DNA of 7,344 nucleotides from Snodgrassella gandavensis (GTDB lineage Bacteria; Pseudomonadota; Gammaproteobacteria; Burkholderiales; Neisseriaceae): NCBI RefSeq assembly GCF_914768025.1, contig NZ_CAJZCE010000023.1, positions 1 to 7,344 of the forward strand, read 5' to 3'. Shown piece by piece: positions 1 to 5,439 of this stretch (position 1 is its first letter; each line of letters starts with the position of its first letter). The notes under the pieces were generated by a model. It saw only the letters and a program-made list of their open reading frames with translations, ran no database searches and was not told where the DNA came from. The position numbers and the translations under genes were made by a program.

Positions 1-1
1 A

Positions 2-115
2 AAGCTCGGCTATAAATGGAATCATAAACGGGTGTATCGGGTATATTGTGAATTAAAGCTTAATCTGAGGGTAAAGCGTAAACACCGCATTCCTCCACGA
101 AGCCCGGAAAGATAG
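2..115 (+). pseudogene. IS3-family transposase (OrfB) internal fragment; its 5' part lies outside the window and it is cut off at the junction with the inserted element
   Basis: Frame 2 translates as [37 protein letters not shown]. The NHKRVYR-x-Y...L-x-LR-x-KRK pattern is typical of the segment just before the DDE (rve) domain of IS3-family OrfB proteins. The frame hits TAG at 113..115 and no + strand rve-like coding follows anywhere in the window. Confidence 0.6.
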
Positions 116-119
116 TGTT
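109..119 (+). repeat. Copy 1 of an exact 11-nt direct repeat AAGATAGTGTT, spanning the IS3-fragment/element junction
   Basis: Identical string at 109..119 and 1177..1187, same orientation. Copy 1 covers the point where the IS3-like reading frame collapses. Confidence 0.9.
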
Positions 120-124
120 TTAAC

Positions 125-130
125 TGTCAA
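125..130 (-). promoter_or_regulatory. Outward-facing consensus -35 hexamer TTGACA at the recombinase-distal end of the element; candidate half of a circle-junction promoter
   Basis: The - strand reads TTGACA-GTTAAAACACTATCTT-|flank, which puts 16 nt between the hexamer and the inferred end at ~109/110. The flank has no -10 at the right spacing (CCGGGC). Confidence 0.35.
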
Positions 131-208
131 CAAAAACTTTACACATATCGAATAAAATTGCAAAATAACAACAGCCTAGAAATCGCCAACCATACCGCAA
201 AATTAACA

Positions 209-1144
209 CTAACTTACATTATATGCACAATTCGTCTTATAAACCGTGTACGCATAAATCGCAAGCTTACGCATAAGTGCCACAATAATAACCTTGGGCA
301 TCTTACCATTATCCTGCAACCTAGCCACAAAATCAGGATACAAGTTCTTTGAATAAGCAACCATTGCAGGCATATACAATGCAGCCCTATACTCAGGCTT
401 GCCAACTTTCGATATGTGCTCTCTACCTTTCAACGATGTGCCAGATTCCATCTTGCGAGGATTCAAACCAAGATAGGCTACAAACTGATTCGCAGATTCA
501 AACGTATTAATAGAAGCCAAAATCGACAACAAAACTGCACTGGAACTAAAACCAATACCCGGAATTGTCTGTAACAATTTATGCTTACGACCTAAATCTA
601 CATTACTCCTAAAAAATGCCCTCAGCATTTTTTCTACTTCCAATAATTGAGTATCAAAATGCGCTATATTGGACTCAACAAGATGCCTTACCAGCCCCGG
701 AACCTCCAACAGCTTCACGCGCTCAGATACCCTCTGTTTCCTCAAACGATGATACATACCTACTAACAGCCTTAATTCCGCCACTGATTCATCTAATGGA
801 CTATACAACCTTGGCTTCATCGCTTGGCAATAATCGGCTATTAACAACGCATCACGCTTATCAGACTTCATACGCAACATACTGGCTTTAGCGAAATAAT
901 GAACCTTTGCCGGATTCTCTACAGATACGCACACATCATTAGCACCCAAAAACTCGACCAATGATTGCCAATATGCCCCAGTAGCTTCCAGACATACATG
1001 CACATCGTCATACAGAGCCAACAAACTCATCAACTCATCATAACCAGCCCGACTATTCTGCACTTTCAGATAAACCTCATTATCAGCATCAAGCACACAA
1101 CAATCCAACGTTTTCTTGCTTACATCTATTCCCACATAAGTCAT
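209..1144 (-). CDS. IS110/Piv-family DEDD recombinase (transposase), 311 aa
   Basis: The track ORF 209..1171 starts at a TTG. The first ATG (1144) gives MTYVGIDVSKK, the usual IS110 N-terminus. DEDD-domain motifs are GIDVSK, CLEATGAYW and KSDKRDALLIADY. The C-terminal Transposase_20-like block is LQTIPGIGFSSSAVLL...AYLGLNPRKMESGTSLKGREHISKVGKPEYRAALYMPA. A purine-rich AAGGTTAGG lies just upstream of the ATG. Confidence 0.9.
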   Translation of the reverse strand: MTYVGIDVSKKTLDCCVLDADNEVYLKVQNSRAGYDELMSLLALYDDVHVCLEATGAYWQSLVEFLGANDVCVSVENPAKVHYFAKASMLRMKSDKRDALLIADYCQAMKPRLYSPLDESVAELRLLVGMYHRLRKQRVSERVKLLEVPGLVRHLVESNIAHFDTQLLEVEKMLRAFFRSNVDLGRKHKLLQTIPGIGFSSSAVLLSILASINTFESANQFVAYLGLNPRKMESGTSLKGREHISKVGKPEYRAALYMPAMVAYSKNLYPDFVARLQDNGKMPKVIIVALMRKLAIYAYTVYKTNCAYNVS

Positions 1145-1336
1145 TGACCTAACCTTATATTCAGCTTCCAACAGCTAAGATAGTGTTCAAATTCCAGACT
1201 TGAAATACGCTTTACGACCATTGCTTGAATCTTTCCTACAACCTCTTTCGGTTTTGCTATCAGCCTAAGTCAATGGCCGCCGATGCAAGTAGCTAGTTTA
1301 CATCCAAAATTATTCAATATTAAACAATTTCAGCTA
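1145..1336 (-). ncRNA. Candidate bridge/seek-RNA-like leader of the IS110-family recombinase (limits approximate, hypothesis only)
   Basis: This ~190-nt non-coding leader has no credible ORF. It contains a sense copy of the element-end sequence (1187..1177) and, 4 nt upstream, a segment complementary to the adjacent flank (1201..1192, 8 Watson-Crick plus 2 G:U pairs). I could not fold a convincing two-loop structure by eye. Confidence 0.25.
1177..1187 (+). repeat. Copy 2 of the exact 11-nt direct repeat AAGATAGTGTT, 33 nt upstream of the recombinase ATG
   Basis: Exact match to 109..119. Confidence 0.9.
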
Positions 1337-1380
1337 TATCCTATTCTAAACCCTAAAACCTTATCGCTCGCCGCTGGGCA

Positions 1381-1411
1381 GGGTTTGGCGCACAGAAACC
1401 ACGCCAAACCC
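1381..1411. repeat. GC-rich perfect hairpin (10-bp stem, 11-nt loop) in the phage intergenic region
   Basis: gggtttggcg (1381..1390) pairs with cgccaaaccc (1402..1411). No U-run follows on either strand, so it is not a canonical intrinsic terminator. It is flanked by several GGTTT/GGGTT motifs on the - strand. Confidence 0.8.
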
Positions 1412-1438
1412 AACCCAAAGCGTACTTTCTACTCAGCC

Positions 1439-1498
1439 AGTCAAGGGGTATTCATAAAGATTTATACAGCCAAATCTTTACAAAGCTTCCCCTTGACT
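1439..1498. repeat. 60-nt compound hairpin (10-bp outer stem, internal loop, 9-bp inner stem, 8-nt loop); candidate packaging signal or ssDNA origin structure
   Basis: agtcaagggg (1439..1448) pairs with ccccttgact (1489..1498). taaagattt (1455..1463) pairs with aaatcttta (1472..1480). The internal loops are asymmetric, 6 and 8 nt. Confidence 0.8.
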
Positions 1499-1517
1499 TA
1501 TTTCAGATACCACACAC

Positions 1518-1688
1518 TCACAAAGTAAAGATATAAAGATAAAACAAACTCATAACAAAATATGTCCCTAAACCCACACCTTGAAAAATTTTCCTCAATC
1601 TTACAGACGTAACACTTCTTGATAACTCACAAAAAAAAAGACCAATGCCTAACATCCCAAATAAAAAAGGTAAAAAAGAATCACTCAT
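1518..1688 (-). CDS. Hypothetical 56-aa membrane protein just downstream of the Zot-like gene (below the ORF-track cutoff)
   Basis: Hand translation: MSDSFLPFLFGMLGIGLFFCELSRSVTSVRLRKIFQGVGLGTYFVMSLFYLYIFTL*. It has two hydrophobic segments and a strong SD (AAGGTG) 7 nt upstream of the ATG, which starts 6 nt after the Zot stop. It contains a T9 run (A9 on + at 1631..1639). Confidence 0.45.
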   Translation of the reverse strand: MSDSFLPFLFGMLGIGLFFCELSRSVTSVRLRKIFQGVGLGTYFVMSLFYLYIFTL

Positions 1689-1694
1689 AAATCA

Positions 1695-2810
1695 TCACCT
1701 TGCAGGTGTGTACCGCTCAGGCATCAAATTCAACGGCACCTCACCCCCAGTTTTATAAATCTTTGACTTATTCTCACCAGTATCCACACTTCCCGATATC
1801 TGACTTGTCAAGTTCTTTTGCCTGTAATTGTCAAATTTACCATTTTTTATAAATGATTCGCAATACGTTCTGGATACTTTTATCAAGGTTGCCTGCTCAG
1901 AATAACAATTGCATGATTTTTCCGATTTTATGCATGCCACTACCAACTGTAAATTAACCGGCTTTCTTAAATTATCATAAATTGGTGCTGATTCTGGATG
2001 ATCGGGCAACCGTGGCATAAAATCTTCATCCCGAACACCTGTTTGACTGGCAGAATTGGCACTTGCAAACGTTACATTTTTCGGCGTTATCACATTCTCT
2101 ACTTGCCCAGCTTCAACCGCTTCTACTTGCGGTTTTTCTTTTGTCGCATCATCGACCGCATCATATGCTGGTTTTAATGCTCTATAGATTAATATCCCTG
2201 CAATTATGATAATAATCGGAAACACTTTAAATGCTATATGCAACTTTGTCTTATGTTTGATATGAACTGAAGCTGATTTATATAATTTAAATGTTCTTTT
2301 ATCTGGTTTATATGGACTGGATGGCGCTAATTTTAATGCTGTCTCTGATAGATTTTCCTGTGCTGAATTAAATTCGTAAATCTTTGTGCCAAGTGCTCTT
2401 CTTTCTATATGCCAATGCGTTGCTACCAGTCGCCTTACATATGAATCCAACATCATGGCATTTTGTGTTATCAAGATAAGTGTAAATCCATAATGCCTTA
2501 GTTCTTTAAGTGTCTGCACATACGGCGGCGGTGCCTTGGGTCCACGCAATGGATAAATGTAATCGCACTCATCCACTATTAAAACCGCCCCTTCTGGCAA
2601 GATTTCTTTTAATGAGCCACTGCGGATTTCATCATCTGATAGTTCATGTGCTTTTAACTCTCTGGCATTTAATCCGTCTATGTGATTAAAAAACAAGGGG
2701 CGAGGGGTACCGTCTTCATATGTGAATATCTTATTTTTGTTATTCAACCACATATGTAATACGTATGAGGTCTTGCCAGTCCCCGGCGTACCAGTTATCA
2801 GATAAATCAT
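1695..2810 (-). CDS. Zot-family / pI-like filamentous-phage assembly ATPase, 371 aa
   Basis: Walker A GTPGTGKT at residues 7-14, Walker B-like LIVDECD, one central TM segment (VFPIIIIIAGILIY) and a Cys-containing C-terminal domain. Its start overlaps the upstream gene as ATGA, and it occupies the canonical position after the pIII- and pVI-like genes. Confidence 0.93.
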   Translation of the reverse strand: MIYLITGTPGTGKTSYVLHMWLNNKNKIFTYEDGTPRPLFFNHIDGLNARELKAHELSDDEIRSGSLKEILPEGAVLIVDECDYIYPLRGPKAPPPYVQTLKELRHYGFTLILITQNAMMLDSYVRRLVATHWHIERRALGTKIYEFNSAQENLSETALKLAPSSPYKPDKRTFKLYKSASVHIKHKTKLHIAFKVFPIIIIIAGILIYRALKPAYDAVDDATKEKPQVEAVEAGQVENVITPKNVTFASANSASQTGVRDEDFMPRLPDHPESAPIYDNLRKPVNLQLVVACIKSEKSCNCYSEQATLIKVSRTYCESFIKNGKFDNYRQKNLTSQISGSVDTGENKSKIYKTGGEVPLNLMPERYTPAR

Positions 2811-3088
2811 TTTTTCATTCCGAAAACTAATTTACTTGTTAATTGGTAGGTAACAACAAATGAATATGCACCGAATATATAACCGAGGGCAACACCTAAC
2901 CCTGACATCAGAGCCAAATTATACATATCCTCTGGCATACCAGACATCGAACTTGAAACCCAGTTTTTTAACTTATCCAAAATCGCCTGCATCCCTGAGT
3001 ATGAGACTAAGCCTATTCCTAACGCTAAAAAAATTCGAACTACAATTGAACTTAAAACTGATGTCAATACGGTTACAAAAGCTGGCAT
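2807..3088 (-). CDS. pVI/Ace-position minor coat or membrane protein, 93 aa
   Basis: Highly hydrophobic with about three TM segments (MPAFVTVLTSVLSSIVVRIFLALGIGLV..., LALMSGLGVALGYIFGAYSFVV). It lies between the adsorption protein and the Zot-like gene, as pVI does in Ff and Ace in CTXphi. It has a TAATG overlap upstream, an ATGA overlap downstream, and SD AGAGGA 8 nt upstream. Confidence 0.8.
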   Translation of the reverse strand: MPAFVTVLTSVLSSIVVRIFLALGIGLVSYSGMQAILDKLKNWVSSSMSGMPEDMYNLALMSGLGVALGYIFGAYSFVVTYQLTSKLVFGMKK

Positions 3089-4713
3089 TATTTAAATCCT
3101 CTAAATACTATCATTCCTGCTGTTATGGTCCCGACCAGAATTACTAACATTCTAATTTTACGTGCAAATTCACAGGCTGGCTCATAACTGATGCTATAAG
3201 ACCTTGACATAAAGGTAAATCGAATCGGTGACGGACAGGCACCATCGCTAGGAACAAAGTTATCAGGAGTTAAATCCATAACACTATCATCATCCTTATT
3301 CGGAACCTCTATATCCGTATCGGTTGGTAAATCACCAACAGGCATACAACCTACTGTATTTCCCAAGCCCTCGCATTTACCTTTTTCATCTCCTTCTTCC
3401 GAGCCATCACCTTTACCATTACCTTTGCCAGAACCGCTATTACTGCTGTTTCCTTTACTACCACTATTTATCCCATTAGGATTATTCGGCTTGCCAACTT
3501 TTGCGCTATCTTCGACGTCATTACGCCCAATTTGATTCACTTTTACGTTATTAACTGTAGATGAAACGCCGGAGCTCCCTGAACCGCCTAAACCAGCGTT
3601 GCCCGAAAGTTTGGGTTTCTCCCCAGCTCTATTCGGAGTAGCAGAATCAATCGAAACAGCATCTTGCACAGTTTTACCGGTTCTTGGATCGCGATACGGC
3701 TCTGAACCTATTACTGAAAATGACCCTTTACCCAATCCAGACTGTATATCCGCACTTTTTAACCGTGCAGCATCGCGAATCTCCTTACCCAACCCGTCAG
3801 AATTAATATAGGGCGTTGGGTTTTCTTTCATGTCATCAACTATATAACCTGAAATATCTACCAATGTGATTTTTTCTTCAGTAGACGAAACATAAGACTG
3901 AATAAAATAATTCATAGAATATTTCTGACCAGATTCTGTTTCATACATACAGACAAGTGTACCGTTACCCGGCTCTTCAGCACCTAAAAAACTAGCACTT
4001 CCGCCAGGTGTATCAATAGTAGGGATACAGTGAGATTTAGCAGCACTGGCTGCGGCTGCATAACTGCCAAAACCACGTACTTGACCACTACCACCAGACA
4101 AACAAAGTCCACCAGAACAATGATAACTATATTTATATTTGCGGACTAAGTCGCCTGATTTATTCCTTTTATAACCATCTTGTTCGGCTCTTGAACATAC
4201 TCCAAATGGCAATTTAATTATATTAAGCCCATAATTTATAGCACAGACATGTGCGGCAATAACACCAGCAGCTATATTACATGTAGAATTTGTCAGACAT
4301 CTTTGTATCAACGGTGGCAATACTTGTCTGGCTACCACGGCACCAACCCGGACAGCCCAGCCAACAGCCGGTAAAAATGCTTTTCTATAATAAACTGGAC
4401 GAAAGGCATACCTATCTGTAGGACTATAACCGTATGCAACCTGTAAAAATTGATTTTTCAATCTAGCCTCATAGCCATGGAATGAATCTGTATACAAGGT
4501 TCGCAATTGCATATTTGTCTTAAATTCTGTATCGAATGAATCCGTATTTTGGTTATAATGCCATTCGCGTGCTTCCAGAACCGACGGGTCTAAATTAAAT
4601 ATTAATCTGCCATTTTCTGCAAAAATATAATTCCCTCCCGTAAACTGCATTATATTTTCTGCTTTAACGTTAAATGACATTAACATGCAGATTATTAAAA
4701 TTACTCTTTTCAT
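3088..4713 (-). CDS. pIII-like adsorption / minor coat protein, 541 aa from the ATG
   Basis: The track start (4728) is a TTG. The ATG at 4713 gives the signal peptide MKRVILIICMLMSFNVKA|EN. The rest comprises a Cys-containing N-terminal region, a long Gly/Ser/Asn-rich linker (GNAGLGGSGSSGVSS...NSGSKGNSSNSGSGKGNGKGDGSEEGDEKGK) and a C-terminal Cys-containing domain with a membrane anchor (MLVILVGTITAGMIVFRGFK). This is the g3p architecture. Confidence 0.85.
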   Translation of the reverse strand: MKRVILIICMLMSFNVKAENIMQFTGGNYIFAENGRLIFNLDPSVLEAREWHYNQNTDSFDTEFKTNMQLRTLYTDSFHGYEARLKNQFLQVAYGYSPTDRYAFRPVYYRKAFLPAVGWAVRVGAVVARQVLPPLIQRCLTNSTCNIAAGVIAAHVCAINYGLNIIKLPFGVCSRAEQDGYKRNKSGDLVRKYKYSYHCSGGLCLSGGSGQVRGFGSYAAAASAAKSHCIPTIDTPGGSASFLGAEEPGNGTLVCMYETESGQKYSMNYFIQSYVSSTEEKITLVDISGYIVDDMKENPTPYINSDGLGKEIRDAARLKSADIQSGLGKGSFSVIGSEPYRDPRTGKTVQDAVSIDSATPNRAGEKPKLSGNAGLGGSGSSGVSSTVNNVKVNQIGRNDVEDSAKVGKPNNPNGINSGSKGNSSNSGSGKGNGKGDGSEEGDEKGKCEGLGNTVGCMPVGDLPTDTDIEVPNKDDDSVMDLTPDNFVPSDGACPSPIRFTFMSRSYSISYEPACEFARKIRMLVILVGTITAGMIVFRGFK

Positions 4714-4778
4714 TTGCAGATTATCCAAACAAAAATAGCCGGCATGATTATGCCAAGAATGTAATATAAATCAATCAT
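4710..4778 (-). CDS. Candidate 22-aa hydrophobic micro-protein (pVII/pIX-like size class)
   Basis: Hand translation: MIDLYYILGIIMPAIFVWIICK*. Its ATG overlaps the stop region of the 42-aa ORF, and its TGA overlaps the ATG of the pIII-like gene (ATGA). No SD is visible, so expression would depend on coupling. Confidence 0.3.
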   Translation of the reverse strand: MIDLYYILGIIMPAIFVWIICK

Positions 4779-4899
4779 TTATTTTAAAGTAAGCAGCAAG
4801 CACGAAAAACAAACAAAAGAGAAACAATATACATACCCAAGTAACCGGAATATCAACCAAATCACTCAAAGTAACCATAAAATCATCTACAATACTCAT
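4771..4899 (-). CDS. Candidate 42-aa hydrophobic micro-protein (pVII/pIX-like size class)
   Basis: Hand translation: MSIVDDFMVTLSDLVDIPVTWVCILFLFCLFFVLAAYFKIND*. It has an acidic N-terminus followed by one TM segment. Its ATG overlaps the TGA of the 93-aa ORF (ATGA), and SD AAGGA lies 7 nt upstream. Confidence 0.5.
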   Translation of the reverse strand: MSIVDDFMVTLSDLVDIPVTWVCILFLFCLFFVLAAYFKIND

Positions 4900-5177
4900 G
4901 CCATCATCCTTAAAATCACTTTAAATTTATATGCCGACACAATTAAAAGGACAAAAATCCAGCCAATTACTTGCCCATCTATAAAATTTTCAACCTGTGA
5001 ACATTCTGGCAAATTTGCGTGAATTACTTCACCTTGATATGTCCAGCTTTTGGAACTCTTGCTATAAACAGGGGATAAAATCCCCTGCTCAGTAAAAATA
5101 GGGACAGATTGAGAATAAACGTAATTATCAGCTTCCTGCTGATTTTTAAAGCAAATATTCCCAACCTGAACCCCCAT
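4896..5177 (-). CDS. Hypothetical phage protein, 93 aa, with a C-terminal TM anchor
   Basis: ATG start 2 nt after the coat-gene stop. C-terminal hydrophobic segment IGWIFVLLIVSAY followed by basic residues. It sits inside the coupled structural operon. I recognise no motif. Confidence 0.6.
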   Translation of the reverse strand: MGVQVGNICFKNQQEADNYVYSQSVPIFTEQGILSPVYSKSSKSWTYQGEVIHANLPECSQVENFIDGQVIGWIFVLLIVSAYKFKVILRMMA

Positions 5178-5179
5178 TT

Positions 5180-5368
5180 TTAGCCCACCATTCGACGAAT
5201 ATATTTAAACACTAGAAGCGCAGCACCAACTGCGACTAATGCATACCCGTAAGGCTTTACCTGATCTGGAATACCGTTAATAGCATCAAGCCCCGGATCT
5301 GCTGCAAAAGCTGAAAGCGGCAATAACGCCATTGAACCTAAAGCGGTGATTTGCTTAAACTTCTTCAT
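5180..5368 (-). CDS. Major coat protein precursor (pVIII-like), 62 aa
   Basis: Signal peptide MKKFKQITALGSMALLPLSAFA, then a ~40-aa mature peptide with an acidic N-terminus (ADPGLDAINGIPDQ), a hydrophobic core (YALVAVGAALLVF) and a basic C-terminus (KYIRRMVG). It has the strongest SD in the window, GGAGGT 5 nt upstream of the ATG. Confidence 0.9.
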   Translation of the reverse strand: MKKFKQITALGSMALLPLSAFAADPGLDAINGIPDQVKPYGYALVAVGAALLVFKYIRRMVG

Positions 5369-5411
5369 TTATACCTCCACTAAAAATCAAGAAATGACGG
5401 TAACTTAATTT

Positions 5412-5438
5412 ATTAACATGACCGTCTAACATGTTAAT
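5412..5438. repeat. Perfect 9-bp AT-rich palindrome with a 9-nt loop between the ssDNA-binding-protein and coat genes
   Basis: attaacatg (5412..5420) pairs with catgttaat (5430..5438), starting 2 nt after the stop at 5440..5442. An alternative pairing, gacggt (5395..5400) with accgtc (5421..5426), uses the loop. Confidence 0.6.
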
Positions 5439-5439
5439 T

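Noticed and set aside
120-1176. A minimal ~1.07-kb IS bounded by the 11-bp direct repeat taken as a target-site duplication
   Set aside because: It would leave only 33 nt upstream and ~89 nt downstream of the recombinase gene, smaller than known IS110-family elements and with no room for their non-coding RNA. IS110 elements do not typically make 11-bp duplications. The sequence right of copy 2 does not continue the IS3 frame. Joining the ends at the repeat gives no -10 (GCTGTT) for the TTGACA.
167-1183. Similarity between CAACAGCCTAGA (170..181, downstream of the recombinase) and CAACAGCTAAGA (1168..1179, upstream), as possible subterminal repeats
   Set aside because: It is a short, gapped match (a 7-nt exact core) at chance level in 7.3 kb. 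It is direct rather than inverted and not positioned symmetrically relative to either boundary model.
1141-1221. 26-aa upstream ORF (MVVKRISSLEFEHYLSCWKLNIRLGQ*) whose TGA overlaps the recombinase ATG
   Set aside because: It has no SD and is not hydrophobic or otherwise protein-like. It covers the very segments that match the junction, so an RNA-level function is the more economical reading. A coupling role cannot be excluded.
1343-1420. Telomere-like CCCTAAA / CCAAACCC motifs and a possible G-quadruplex on the - strand
   Set aside because: There are only one to two motif units and too few GGG tracts for a canonical quadruplex. They are treated as part of the G/T-skewed intergenic region, not as a separate feature.
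1283-1528. 81-aa + strand ORF in the intergenic region
   Set aside because: It has no SD and a low-complexity, motif-free sequence that spans both hairpins. The + strand here is T-poor, so stop codons are rare and two of the three frames stay open by composition alone. I also tested whether it or the neighbouring frame continues the IS3 OrfB and found no WS.DF or DDE-like sequence.
5411-5439. dif-like XerC/D site (two inverted ATGTTAA-containing arms with a 7-nt spacer), as used by CTXphi-type phages
   Set aside because: Each arm matches the XerD arm TTATGTTAAAT at only about 8 of 11 positions. There is no XerC-type arm (GGTGCGCATAA). The arm-proximal bases differ from the TTAT/ATAA of true dif sites. 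A site inside the structural operon, away from the prophage ends, could not be the integration site.
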